From Bacilli bacterium (GTDB taxonomy: Bacteria > Bacillota_I > Bacilli_A > RFN20 > CAG-826): a stretch of 64,000 nt of DNA. Within the stretch, counting starts at the first letter, position 1; each line of letters begins with the position of its first letter. Shown one piece after another: positions 27,894 to 38,219 of the stretch. The notes beneath the pieces are model-generated. The model was not told the DNA's origin. It ran no database searches and worked only from the letters and a program-made list of their open reading frames with translations. The stretch lies in NCBI GenBank assembly GCA_024680795.1, contig JAILBR010000030.1, positions 7,594 to 71,593 on the forward strand, written 5' to 3'. The position numbers were made by a program, and so were the translations under genes.

Positions 27894-30800
27894 TTGAACA
27901 AAAGTGGGTCTTTTGTCGTTGATGATTTGGTTGGTATTTCCTTATTAACTGCCGCTGCATATCAAGAGAATAAAGAAAAATATCTCCTTGTCGCCTCTAA
28001 CTTATATAAAGCACAGAAGATTTTCTCTTTCCTTTCGTCTTTACTTCCAAAAGCCAAAATACATTTATATCCAAGCGATGAATTAATACGCGCTGAAAAC
28101 ATCTCCCAATCTAAAGAGATGTCCGCAAATAGAATATACGTGTTAAATGAAATACTAACTGGGCGTAATGAAATCGTCATCGCTAACCTTGCTAGTCTAG
28201 TTAGATTTCTTCCTGTTCCAGAACTATTCAAAAATAATACAATCAAGATTAAAGTTGAACAAAAAATTAACCTTCAAGATATAAGAAAAACCCTAGTAGA
28301 AGCTGGATATACTAAAGTTAACAAAATTGACTCTACATTACAGTTTGCAATCAGGGGTGATATCCTCGATATTTTCTCTGTGAACACGGATGATCCAGTT
28401 AGAATTGAACTTTTTGATGATGAAGTGGAGTCAATTAGAGAATTTGATATTGGAACCCAGTCGAGTAAGAAACAAATTAATAAAGTTGAGATACTCCCAG
28501 CGAATGATTTTCTCTTTACTCCTGAAGAATTAAAGGGTGCAAGCGAAAAGATATTCTCTAGATTAGAAAAAGACCAGGAAATTTTGTCTCCAGTTGACTT
28601 TACTAACCTTAGAAATGTTACTGAAACTGATGTGATGGATATTCTGGAAAGTAACTATTCACCACGTATCTATCGTTACTTCTCTTTAATTGCAAATAAG
28701 ACCAATACTTTAGTTGATTACTGTAAAGGTTATAACTTGGTTTTGGTGGATGAACCCGCCATTAAAGAAAGCTACGACTTACTAGCAGAAGAAAGCCATT
28801 CTTTCCTATATGAATTATTTGAAAATGGTAGGATGATTTCTCACCTAGAAATGTATGAAAACTACTACGATTTAGACTATGATCATTCAAGACTAATTAG
28901 AACAAAAATCTTCAAAAGTGACGAAAATGATATAACTTTTGCATGTAAAAATGTGCCTTTTGTTGTAAATCGTGACATCGACGCAGTAAATATAATTAAT
29001 TCGTATTTGAATGAAGAATATCAAGTTAATATTTCGCTCAGTAGTAAGGAACAATTGAACCTTGTTATTGACCTCCTTAATTTCTCAAATCTATCTTTTG
29101 AAATGGTCGATGCCCTGTCTTTTTCTGATAAGGCTAAGATTGGATTATCGATTTATTCTTTACCATCTGGATTTGTCTTAGAAGATGAGAAGCTAGTGGT
29201 CCTTACTGGCAAAGAATTATTCAATGATAAAGTCCGTGTAACAAGGTTTGACAATAGATTTAAAGAGGGAACCATCCTTACAAGCTACGAAGAACTTAAT
29301 CCAGGTGATTATGTTGTCCATGAATATCAAGGAATTGGTCAATTTTTAGAGCTTCAAACTTTAGAAGTTGACGGTGAGCACCAAGACTACCTCAAACTTG
29401 CCTATCAGGGTGGAGAAATACTATATGTTCCACTCAATCAATTTCATCTTATTAGGAAATATACTGGTAAAGAAGGCATCAAACCTAGATTAACTAGATT
29501 ACACACCAAAGATTGGGAGAGAACCAAGGCTAAAATCAAGGAAAGAATTAAGGATTTAGCTGAGAGGTTATTTAACCTATATGTTGAGAGAAGTCATATT
29601 GAAGGTTTTTCCTTCCCAAAGGATGATGATTTCCAAGAAGCATTTGAAAATAACTGTGAATTTGACCTCACAAAAGATCAAGATCGTGCCATAAAAGAGA
29701 TAAAAGCGGATATGGAGTCTAATCATCCGATGGATAGACTCTTATGTGGCGATGTTGGCTTTGGAAAAACTGAAGTTGCTTTTCGAGCAGCATTTAAAGC
29801 CATTAATTCCGGTAAACAAGTTGCAATATTATGCCCAACTACTTTACTAGCGAGACAACACTATGAAGTTGCTTTATCACGTTTCTTTGGTTTCGATATT
29901 AAAATTGCTCTATTTTCTAGGCTCGTGCCTATGAAAAAACAGAATGAATATATTAGAGAGATTAGAGATGGAAATGTCCATCTAGTAATTGGAACGCATC
30001 GATTATTATCAAAAGAGATAGTGTTTAAGGATTTAGGACTACTCATTGTTGACGAAGAACAACGATTTGGTGTCGAACAAAAAGAAAAGATTAAAGAATT
30101 AAAGACTAATGTTGATGTTTTAACTCTAACTGCTACTCCAATTCCAAGAACTTTACAGATTTCTTTATTAGGAGTTAGAAGCTTATCACAAATTAATACC
30201 CCTCCAAAAGATAGAATGCCGATCCAAACATATGTTACTCCATATCGTTTTGACGTCGTAAAAGAGTTAATTACTAGAGAATTAGGCCGTGAAGGACAGG
30301 TTTTCTATCTCCATAACCGTGTAGAAACCATCTATCAGACCGCAAATAGATTGCAAAGAGTAATGCCAGAAGCAACGATATCTGTTATCCATGGAAAAAT
30401 GGACAAAGATAGCATTGAAGATACAATGCTTAAGTTCTATAGTGGTGAAATTCAGGTTTTAGTGTGTACATCCATTATTGAAAATGGTATTGATGTTCCT
30501 AATGCAAATATGATTATTGTTGAAGATAGCGAAAGATATGGTTTAGCGCAGCTATATCAAATCAAAGGAAGAGTAGGCCGTGGCGATCGTATTGCCTATG
30601 CATACCTCATGTATAATGATGCGAAGGTATTAAAAGAAGATACACAAAAGAGGTTAAAAGCTTTACAAGATTTTTCTGCTTTAGGAAGTGGCTATAAAAT
30701 CGCTCAAAGAGACTTAATGATTAGGGGCGCTGGAGACATTTTAGGTCCAGAACAAGCTGGTTTCATTGACTCAATCGGTTTAGATATGTATATCAAGCTC

Positions 30801-31328
30801 CTCAATGAAGCAGTGCAAGAAAAGGTTACTGGTAAGGAGAATAAACCACTTGAATATGAGGTTAACTTGAATTTAAAGATGGATGCCTATATTCCAGAGG
30901 CTTTCGCTAATGATCAGAATAAGATTGAACTATATCAAGATATCTTAAGTGCATCTAGTACAGATTCCTTACTTGAAGTTAAAAATAAGATGATTGATAT
31001 GTATGGAAAGCTACCTCAAGAAGTGGAATTGTTGTTCCTGAAGCGCAATATACATCTTTTAATTCAATCATTAGAGACTGCTTCTTTAAAAGAATATCCA
31101 AGATACATTGAAATAATGCTCGGCGACAACTTTATTAACATTAAAGGTGTTGGAAACTTGATATTTGAGGCTTTGATTCCTTATTTATCAATTATTAAGA
31201 TTAGTTATATTAATCATCGATTTAAAATAATAGTCACCAAGAAGACAAATTGGATATATGACATCGAAGGAATACTTAAAAACCTTAAGAATATATTAGA
31301 TAATAACGTTGTAGAGGTAATCAAATGA
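27894..31328 (+). CDS. mfd: Transcription-repair coupling factor Mfd
   Basis: 1144 aa with a CarD-like domain (VHEYQGIGQF), SF2 helicase motifs (GDVGFGKTEVA, DEEQRFGV) and a TRCF domain. TTG start; no in-frame ATG is available upstream before the stop at 27843. Confidence 0.95.
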   Translation: MNKSGSFVVDDLVGISLLTAAAYQENKEKYLLVASNLYKAQKIFSFLSSLLPKAKIHLYPSDELIRAENISQSKEMSANRIYVLNEILTGRNEIVIANLASLVRFLPVPELFKNNTIKIKVEQKINLQDIRKTLVEAGYTKVNKIDSTLQFAIRGDILDIFSVNTDDPVRIELFDDEVESIREFDIGTQSSKKQINKVEILPANDFLFTPEELKGASEKIFSRLEKDQEILSPVDFTNLRNVTETDVMDILESNYSPRIYRYFSLIANKTNTLVDYCKGYNLVLVDEPAIKESYDLLAEESHSFLYELFENGRMISHLEMYENYYDLDYDHSRLIRTKIFKSDENDITFACKNVPFVVNRDIDAVNIINSYLNEEYQVNISLSSKEQLNLVIDLLNFSNLSFEMVDALSFSDKAKIGLSIYSLPSGFVLEDEKLVVLTGKELFNDKVRVTRFDNRFKEGTILTSYEELNPGDYVVHEYQGIGQFLELQTLEVDGEHQDYLKLAYQGGEILYVPLNQFHLIRKYTGKEGIKPRLTRLHTKDWERTKAKIKERIKDLAERLFNLYVERSHIEGFSFPKDDDFQEAFENNCEFDLTKDQDRAIKEIKADMESNHPMDRLLCGDVGFGKTEVAFRAAFKAINSGKQVAILCPTTLLARQHYEVALSRFFGFDIKIALFSRLVPMKKQNEYIREIRDGNVHLVIGTHRLLSKEIVFKDLGLLIVDEEQRFGVEQKEKIKELKTNVDVLTLTATPIPRTLQISLLGVRSLSQINTPPKDRMPIQTYVTPYRFDVVKELITRELGREGQVFYLHNRVETIYQTANRLQRVMPEATISVIHGKMDKDSIEDTMLKFYSGEIQVLVCTSIIENGIDVPNANMIIVEDSERYGLAQLYQIKGRVGRGDRIAYAYLMYNDAKVLKEDTQKRLKALQDFSALGSGYKIAQRDLMIRGAGDILGPEQAGFIDSIGLDMYIKLLNEAVQEKVTGKENKPLEYEVNLNLKMDAYIPEAFANDQNKIELYQDILSASSTDSLLEVKNKMIDMYGKLPQEVELLFLKRNIHLLIQSLETASLKEYPRYIEIMLGDNFINIKGVGNLIFEALIPYLSIIKISYINHRFKIIVTKKTNWIYDIEGILKNLKNILDNNVVEVIK

Positions 31329-31555
31329 GAATAGATTTATTTTTAAAAGAAACAAGAATCATCAAAAGAAGAACAATCGCCAAAGAATTTTGTGAAAGAG
31401 GCTTAGTGTCGGTGAACGATAAAGTGGTAAAGCCTGCTTTTGATATAAAAGAAGGGGACAAATTCTCCGTGAAACTAGGCAATAAGATTCTCACAGCTGT
31501 TGCCCACATCGATAGTACTGGTAAAAAAGAAAAAGGAAGCTATGAACCTCTCTAA
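31325..31555 (+). CDS. S4-domain RNA-binding protein (YabO/Hsp15-like)
   Basis: MRIDLFLKETRIIKRRTIAKE...VSVNDKVVKP S4 fold signature. ATGA overlap with mfd. Confidence 0.8.
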   Translation: MRIDLFLKETRIIKRRTIAKEFCERGLVSVNDKVVKPAFDIKEGDKFSVKLGNKILTAVAHIDSTGKKEKGSYEPL

Positions 31556-32759
31556 TTTAGACAAAAATAAGACATATTTACTAGCGTGTTCTTTTGGGCC
31601 AGACTCAATGGCGGCTTTTCATATACTTTTAACACACAATTATAAATTTGATGTCGCTATTGTTAACTATCATCTTAGACCTGAAAGTGACTCTGAGGTT
31701 AAAGGGCTAGAAGAATACGCTAAAAAACACGATATCAGGGTACATGTTTTGGATGTTAAAGAAGAGATTAAAACCAACATCGAAAAGAGATGTAGAGACA
31801 TTAGATATAGATACTTTAAAACTCTGATTGATGAGTACGGTTATGAAGCGCTTATTACCGCCCATCAAGAGGACGATTTAATCGAAACTTATCTACTTCA
31901 GAAAAAACGAAAAATTCTGACAAAAGTATATGGAATTTCCGAAATTGCTCGTATATTTGGCATAAAAGTGATTAGACCATTCCTTGACCTATCCAAAAAA
32001 GAAATGCAAGAGATTTGCGATCAAAATGGAGTGCCATACGCAATCGATTCTTCTAACTTAGAAGACAAATATCTACGTAATTCTATCCGTCATAATATTG
32101 TTGAAAAGATGAGCAAAATAGATAGGAAAGAAATCCTCCAAGAAATCAAAGCTGAAAATGTGAAAGTAAAGGATATATTTGACCATATTGAATGGGAAAA
32201 AGCGCATGATATCAAGTATGTTCTTTCTCTCGATGAGATAACCTACTATTATTTAATTAATGAACTTGTTTTTTCTCTTAAAAATGACTATAAAATCTCA
32301 TATAACCATGGTCAGGAGATTTTAAAAGTTCTAAGAAGTGATAGGCCAAATGTTGTTGCTAAGATTTATAAGGATTTATATCTAGAAAAACAGTATGATT
32401 CTTTCGATTTTAGAGTTGGAAAGATTAGTGACGCTTCGTATTCATATAAAATCGATATACCAACTGTTCTTGATACTGAATATTTCTATTTAGATTTCAC
32501 TGGCGACACTTCTAACCGCAATGTTTCGCATGATGACTATCCTTTGACTATTAGGAATGCTCAGAAGGGTGATAAATATTTGATCCAAGGGTATGAAGTA
32601 GAAGTCAGAAGACTATTTATTGATTGGAAGATGCCATCGACATATCGTCTCATTTGGCCTGTTATTATAAATAAAGATAATAGAATCATTTACATTCCAC
32701 GTTATCAAAAGGATTTTAAGACAAATAAAGAAACGAATTTCTACGTTAAAACAAAATGA
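31542..32759 (+). CDS. tilS: tRNA(Ile)-lysidine synthase TilS
   Basis: PP-loop LLACSFGPDSMA. I took the start at the internal ATG (MNLSNLDK) rather than the track ORF at 31500, which would overlap most of the S4 gene tail. Confidence 0.9.
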   Translation: MNLSNLDKNKTYLLACSFGPDSMAAFHILLTHNYKFDVAIVNYHLRPESDSEVKGLEEYAKKHDIRVHVLDVKEEIKTNIEKRCRDIRYRYFKTLIDEYGYEALITAHQEDDLIETYLLQKKRKILTKVYGISEIARIFGIKVIRPFLDLSKKEMQEICDQNGVPYAIDSSNLEDKYLRNSIRHNIVEKMSKIDRKEILQEIKAENVKVKDIFDHIEWEKAHDIKYVLSLDEITYYYLINELVFSLKNDYKISYNHGQEILKVLRSDRPNVVAKIYKDLYLEKQYDSFDFRVGKISDASYSYKIDIPTVLDTEYFYLDFTGDTSNRNVSHDDYPLTIRNAQKGDKYLIQGYEVEVRRLFIDWKMPSTYRLIWPVIINKDNRIIYIPRYQKDFKTNKETNFYVKTK

Positions 32760-32897
32760 CAGTTGATGTCTCACATATAAAGAATAAATGCTAATTAAAT
32801 GCGTTTTTCTTTTAAACAAATTGAAAAGTCTATATAATTGCATTATCTATCAGATAAAGATTACATATCAATTTTTACGTAAAAGGGGGTAACCTGA

Positions 32898-34943
32898 ATG
32901 CCTGATGAAAATAATAATATGCCAAGAAGAAGGATATCGATTGGCTTTATCATATCTGTACTATTAGTGGTCGGACTTATTGGTATTCTCATTTGGAGAA
33001 TATTTGGTGGTATCGATAATAGCACTCACTTATCAACTAGCCAATATGTTGTTGCTTTATATAATGATAAAGTTGAAAGTGCAACAGTCGCGATGCACTA
33101 TAACGAAAAAATCGTTATTACTGGTGTCTATATCAATGATAATGACGCTAAAAAGTCTTACACAGTTGTTACCGATAAGACCACTTATGAAACATATGAT
33201 GGCTATGTCGTAACCGTTAGTGGAGTTGATACACCTGTCAACCACACTCTTAACTATATGATGAATAACGAAGCCCTTTTAATTAGTAAGGGTGGAGTTT
33301 CCTATAACGATATTTATGAAACAACATGGTGGGATCAATGGGGACCAACCATTATCATGCTTTTAGGAAGTGCAATTTTAATCATCTTCTTATTCTCTAG
33401 ACTTTCTGGCTCTATCGGAAGTAGCAATAGACAAGCCATGGACTTCTCCAAATCAAGAGCGAGAAGGGTGCAAGATTCTAAAGTTAGATTTAGAGATGTG
33501 GCAGGATGTGATGCTGAAAAAGCTGAGATGGAAGAAATTGTTGAATACCTTAAAGACCCACAAAAATTCACCAAGTTTGGTGCTAAGTTACCTAAAGGTA
33601 TCTTATTAGTTGGCTCACCTGGTACTGGTAAAACATTATTAGCGAAAGCAGTCGCTGGAGAAGCAGGAGTTCCATTCTTCTCAATCTCTGGTTCTGATTT
33701 CGTCGAAATGTTTGTTGGTGTTGGTGCTGGCCGTGTTAGAGATATGTTCCAAACCGCTAAAAAGAATGCTCCATGTCTCGTCTTCATCGATGAAATCGAT
33801 GCTGTTGGTAGACAAAGAGGTGCTGGTTTAGGTGGTGGTAATGATGAAAGAGAACAAACCCTTAACCAATTACTTGTTGAAATGGATGGTTTCTCCGATA
33901 ACTCTGGAATTATTGTTATCGCTGCAACCAATAGAGACGATGTCCTTGACCCAGCTCTTTTAAGAGCAGGTCGTTTCGATAGAAAGATTACTGTTTCCTT
34001 ACCAGATAAACTTGGTAGAAAAGCCATCTTTGAAGTCCACTCTAGAAATAAGAAATTATCTCCTGAAGTTGACTTTATGGCGATTGCTGAAAGAACTGTA
34101 GGGTTCTCTGGTGCTGATATTGAAAATATCATGAATGAAGCCGCTATCCTTGCTGTTCGTAGAAAGAAAGACTGCATCGGTATGGATGAAATCGATGAAG
34201 CAATCGATAGAAGAATTGCCGGACCAGCAAAATCTGGTAGAACAATGAACAAGCACGAAAGAGATGTGGTTGCTCATCACGAAGCTGGACACGCAATTAT
34301 TGGTCTTAGACTTGAACATTCTGATAAAGTTCAAAAGATTACAATTATTCCTCGTGGTAATACCGGCGGTCACGTCCGTATGACACCTGAAGAAGATCGT
34401 TTCTTATTGACCAAGAAAGAATTAGAAGCCCGTATCGTTGGATATTTGGGTGGCAGAAGCTCTGAAGAAGTGTTTTTTGATGATGTTTCTAGTGGTGCTC
34501 AAAACGATATCGAAATGGCAACTAGAATTGCTAGAATGATGGTCACAGAACTTGGTATGAGTTCATTAGGACCTATCCAATACGAAAGAGATACTGGAAG
34601 CGTCTTCTTAGGAAGAGATTATGCTTCTACTCAAAAGAACTTCTCATTAGCGACTGCTGAAAAGATTGACGCTGAAGTGCAAAAGATTATCAATGACGCT
34701 CATGATTTAGCAATCAAGATCATCAAAGAGAATAAAGCGGAAGTGGAATTAATCGCTAAGACTCTTCTCAAATATGAACAAATCACTGCAGAAGAAATCG
34801 ATTACTTACTCGCTAATGGGCATTTAAAAAGAGAAGAAGTTGAAGAAGCTCCTCAAACCAAAGTTGAAGAAATTCCTCAAACTAAGGTGGAAGAAGAAGC
34901 TCCAACTACCGAAGAAAATAAACCAGAAGGAGGAGAGGAATAA
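32898..34943 (+). CDS. ftsH: ATP-dependent zinc metalloprotease FtsH
   Basis: Walker A GSPGTGKTLLAKA, SRH region, HEAGHAI zinc site, N-terminal TM pair. Confidence 0.97.
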   Translation: MPDENNNMPRRRISIGFIISVLLVVGLIGILIWRIFGGIDNSTHLSTSQYVVALYNDKVESATVAMHYNEKIVITGVYINDNDAKKSYTVVTDKTTYETYDGYVVTVSGVDTPVNHTLNYMMNNEALLISKGGVSYNDIYETTWWDQWGPTIIMLLGSAILIIFLFSRLSGSIGSSNRQAMDFSKSRARRVQDSKVRFRDVAGCDAEKAEMEEIVEYLKDPQKFTKFGAKLPKGILLVGSPGTGKTLLAKAVAGEAGVPFFSISGSDFVEMFVGVGAGRVRDMFQTAKKNAPCLVFIDEIDAVGRQRGAGLGGGNDEREQTLNQLLVEMDGFSDNSGIIVIAATNRDDVLDPALLRAGRFDRKITVSLPDKLGRKAIFEVHSRNKKLSPEVDFMAIAERTVGFSGADIENIMNEAAILAVRRKKDCIGMDEIDEAIDRRIAGPAKSGRTMNKHERDVVAHHEAGHAIIGLRLEHSDKVQKITIIPRGNTGGHVRMTPEEDRFLLTKKELEARIVGYLGGRSSEEVFFDDVSSGAQNDIEMATRIARMMVTELGMSSLGPIQYERDTGSVFLGRDYASTQKNFSLATAEKIDAEVQKIINDAHDLAIKIIKENKAEVELIAKTLLKYEQITAEEIDYLLANGHLKREEVEEAPQTKVEEIPQTKVEEEAPTTEENKPEGGEE

Positions 34944-34959
34944 TCCTCCTTTCTTTTCT
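34927..34959 (+). terminator. Possible attenuating hairpin/terminator overlapping the ftsH stop
   Basis: AAGGAGGA-N9-TCCTCCTT followed by TCTTTTCT. The dus ATG follows at 34962, so termination is probably partial. Confidence 0.4.
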
Positions 34960-34961
34960 AT

Positions 34962-35945
34962 ATGTTTAAACTTGGTGACTATGAGATAAATGGGAGAGTA
35001 ATCCTAGCTCCAATGGCGGGATATACTTTTCATAGTTATCGAAAATTCATGTCAAAATTTGGAGCCTCAATTTGCTATTCCGAAATGGTTAGTGATATGG
35101 GGTTGATATACGATAATGACAACACAAATGAGTATGTAATCTTCCCAAAAGAAGAAGTTCCTGTTGGTGTGCAACTATTTGGCTCAGAACCAGAGAATTT
35201 AGCTAAAGCAGTGGGAATTTGCGAGGGATTAAACGGAAAAAACATCGATTTTTATGATGTTAATATGGCGTGTCCTGTCACCAAAGTCACTAAGACTGGA
35301 GCGGGTTCATCCCTATTAAAAGAACCTAAAAGATGTGGCGATATTATTAGAGCCATGAAGGCCGTTACTTCTAAGCCTGTGACCGCGAAAATTAGGCTTG
35401 GTTTGGATAAAAATACCACTAACTTTTTAGAAGTGATTAAAGAGCTTGAAGAGGCTGGAGTAGATATGATTGCTATCCACGCTAGAACCGCCAAAGAAAT
35501 GTATATGGGTGAACCTCATTTTGATTTATTAAAAGACTTAAGAAGCAAGATGAACGTCCCATTAGTGATTTCTGGAAATATCTTTACCGCTCAGGATGCA
35601 GTTAATGCTTTGAGTATTACTGGGGCTGACGCGGTTATGGTGGCTAGAGGTGGAGTTGGTAATCCAATGTTAATCACTAACATCAACCGTCTTTTAAATG
35701 GCGAGAAAGAGATTAATCCTTCTTTAGAAGAACAGATGGAATATTGCAAAGAATTAGCTAGAGAGATAGTTGAAGAAAAAGGTGAATTTATCGGTATTAG
35801 ATTATTTAGATCAATTGGTCCTAGATTCTTTAACGGCTTCCCATACTCAAAAGCATTAAAGAGTCGTATTGTTTCTCAAATAGTGACCTATGATGATTTA
35901 GAAAGAATATTAAGAGAATATAAGGCAGATGAAAAAATACTCTAA
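34962..35945 (+). CDS. dusB: tRNA-dihydrouridine synthase (DusB-like)
   Basis: ILAPMAGYT N-terminus, FMN-binding TIM-barrel motifs (DVNMACPV, IHARTAKEMY). Confidence 0.9.
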   Translation: MFKLGDYEINGRVILAPMAGYTFHSYRKFMSKFGASICYSEMVSDMGLIYDNDNTNEYVIFPKEEVPVGVQLFGSEPENLAKAVGICEGLNGKNIDFYDVNMACPVTKVTKTGAGSSLLKEPKRCGDIIRAMKAVTSKPVTAKIRLGLDKNTTNFLEVIKELEEAGVDMIAIHARTAKEMYMGEPHFDLLKDLRSKMNVPLVISGNIFTAQDAVNALSITGADAVMVARGGVGNPMLITNINRLLNGEKEINPSLEEQMEYCKELAREIVEEKGEFIGIRLFRSIGPRFFNGFPYSKALKSRIVSQIVTYDDLERILREYKADEKIL

Positions 35946-36597
35946 AGGTGATTTTGATTATATCAAGTTTGACACAGATGAAGAGATAGAAGATTTCGTT
36001 AAAACTGTGTCTTTGCTGTTCTTTGTTGATAAGGATGGAACTTTATATTGCTTTGATTATTATCAAAGAAGAAGCGTTAGATTCGATAAAGACTCATATA
36101 AATGGGTCATGGATAGTAAAACTGATCTTGATGACTTTGAAGGATTTGATGAGGTGGATGAAGAGACCACAAAAGCGTTATTTAAGTCTATCCCACCTTT
36201 TGAATGTTTTGGTGAATTGGAAGCACTAGCGGAGCAAGAAGCTTTAAAGTATTACGAAAAAGTGAGAAAAGAAACTCCGAGAAAAGTAGTGGGGTGGTTA
36301 AGTAGAGTTAGTGATTATATAGAAGCTGTTGATAATCAAGACTTCTATAGCGCCGCGATTATCAATGACATTATTGAACATAATTATTTCTTTGTGGCGG
36401 ATTGGATGAATTTGATTCCGGTTTTTGATGATGGAACATATCTATATTTATCTTCTAGAAGCATGGGATATCTAATCGCAATCAGTAAAAATGAAGCCAA
36501 AGATTTTTCTTATGTCAGATATGCATTTGGTCAAGAATTTTGGGATGAGGACGATTCATTCTTCAACATACCAAAAGAAGGATTATATGAAAAATAA
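35929..36597 (+). CDS. Hypothetical acidic cytoplasmic protein
   Basis: 222-aa ORF overlapping the dus stop by 17 nt. I recognise no motif. Confidence 0.6.
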   Translation: MKKYSKGDFDYIKFDTDEEIEDFVKTVSLLFFVDKDGTLYCFDYYQRRSVRFDKDSYKWVMDSKTDLDDFEGFDEVDEETTKALFKSIPPFECFGELEALAEQEALKYYEKVRKETPRKVVGWLSRVSDYIEAVDNQDFYSAAIINDIIEHNYFFVADWMNLIPVFDDGTYLYLSSRSMGYLIAISKNEAKDFSYVRYAFGQEFWDEDDSFFNIPKEGLYEK

Positions 36598-36663
36598 AGT
36601 TTTGACTATTCTAAAGTCAAACTTTCATATATACTTGTGTAAGTGTAACGGGAGGAATTACAT

Positions 36664-38154
36664 ATGGGAAATGAACAAAATCTAAACGATCAAGAGATTG
36701 TTAGAAGAGAGAAATTAGAAAGATATCAAAAGGAATTTAAAGTTGATCCATTTGGTAAATCTTTTAAAGTGTCTCATCACGCAAAAGATATTAAAGAGGC
36801 ATTTACAAAGAAGAGTGATGCTTATTTAGAAAAAAATAAACCTTACGTTACAGTTGCTGGAAGAATTAAAGCCATTCGTAGAATGGGCAAAGCTTCATTT
36901 ATGAATATCCAAGATAAAACTGGCAATATCCAAGTTTATATGGGCATTGATGTCGTTGGTAAGAAAACCTACGAATTATTTAAGCTCGCCGATATTGGTG
37001 ATATCGTTGGTGTTTATGGTCGCATTATGAAGACTAGAAGTGGTGAACTCACCATTAGAGCGGAGAAATACACTCACTTAACAAAGTGCTTACATCCACT
37101 TCCAGAAAAATTCCACGGCTTAACCGATGTTGAAGAAAGAAGTAGAAGAAGATATTTAGACCTCATTGTTAATGAAGAAAGTAGAACCGTCGCTTTCGCG
37201 AGACCAAAACTCATTAGAAGTATTCAAAACTATTTAGATAATCAAGGCTATGTCGAAGTGGAAACCGCAGTGTTATCACCAATCTTAGGTGGCGCTAATG
37301 CTAGACCATTTGTCGCCCATATGAATGCTTTAGATAAAGATTTCTATTTAAGAATTGCAACCGAACTTAATCTTAAAAGATTATTAGTCGGTGGCATGGA
37401 AAGAGTGTATGAAATTGGCAGACTCTTTAGAAACGAAGGTATGGATGCTTCTCATAATCCAGAATTCACCACCATTGAAGCATATGAAGCTTATGGCGAT
37501 TTACAATCGATGAGAAAACTTGCCGAAGGCATGATTAGAAAAGCTGCAAAAGATGTTACTGGTAGTGATATCGTCGTTTATCAAGATAAAGAAATCAACT
37601 TCCATAAACCATTTAGATGGGTAAAAATGGCGGACTTAATCTTAGAAAAGACTGGTATCGACTTTAGAAACATTTATGATTTTGCTGAAGCAAAGAAACT
37701 TGCCGAAGAAAGAGGCATCAAACTCGAAGCTCATAAAAATACAGTGGGCCATGTCATGAATGAATTCTTTGAAGAATTCTGCGAAGCAGAACTCATCCAA
37801 CCAACATTCGTATATTGTTATCCTATCGAAGTTTCTCCATTAACTAAGAAAGGTAAAGATCCAAGATACGTTGAAAGATTTGAACTCTTTGTCAATGGTA
37901 GAGAACTCGCTAATGCATATACCGAATTAAATGACCCAATTGATCAAAAAGAAAGATTCATCAATCAATTAAAAGCAAAAGAATTAGGTGATGAAGAAGC
38001 TAATGAAATGGATGTCGATTTCGTCGAAGCCCTTGAATATGGTATGCCTCCAGCGGGTGGAATCGGCATGGGAATTGATAGATTAGTGATGCTATTAACT
38101 AATCAAGAAAATATCCGTGAAGTCATCTTGTTCCCAATGATGAAAGATAGATAA
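36664..38154 (+). CDS. lysS: Lysine--tRNA ligase (class II)
   Basis: OB-fold N-terminal domain plus class II motifs (FRNEGMDASHNPEFT, GGIGMGIDRLVM). Confidence 0.97.
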   Translation: MGNEQNLNDQEIVRREKLERYQKEFKVDPFGKSFKVSHHAKDIKEAFTKKSDAYLEKNKPYVTVAGRIKAIRRMGKASFMNIQDKTGNIQVYMGIDVVGKKTYELFKLADIGDIVGVYGRIMKTRSGELTIRAEKYTHLTKCLHPLPEKFHGLTDVEERSRRRYLDLIVNEESRTVAFARPKLIRSIQNYLDNQGYVEVETAVLSPILGGANARPFVAHMNALDKDFYLRIATELNLKRLLVGGMERVYEIGRLFRNEGMDASHNPEFTTIEAYEAYGDLQSMRKLAEGMIRKAAKDVTGSDIVVYQDKEINFHKPFRWVKMADLILEKTGIDFRNIYDFAEAKKLAEERGIKLEAHKNTVGHVMNEFFEEFCEAELIQPTFVYCYPIEVSPLTKKGKDPRYVERFELFVNGRELANAYTELNDPIDQKERFINQLKAKELGDEEANEMDVDFVEALEYGMPPAGGIGMGIDRLVMLLTNQENIREVILFPMMKDR

Positions 38155-38180
38155 TATATCTTAATTAAATATGAATATAG

Positions 38181-38212
38181 GCCGGATATGTTTGATTATC
38201 TGGCTTTTATTT
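38181..38212 (+). terminator. Rho-independent terminator after lysS
   Basis: GCCGGATA-N8-TATCTGGC (one G-U pair) followed by TTTTATTT. Confidence 0.6.
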
Positions 38213-38219
38213 AGAAAAT

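Noticed and set aside
31500-31541. Longer TilS start at 31500, and the longer ORF-track starts at 9085, 10776, 42659 and 58409
   Set aside because: In each case the internal start has a better RBS, avoids regulatory RNA, or matches the usual N-terminus of the family. These remain predictions.
33335-34252. 305-aa ORF on the minus strand, plus the 34056-34373 minus-strand ORF
   Set aside because: Both are entirely antisense to the strongly supported ftsH gene. Their low-complexity S/P/A-rich translations are typical of a shadow frame in a purine-rich coding strand.
34846-34905. Short tandem PQTKVEE repeat at the FtsH C-terminus
   Set aside because: It is a two-copy low-complexity acidic tail. 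C-terminal tails of FtsH are variable, so it was not worth a separate finding.
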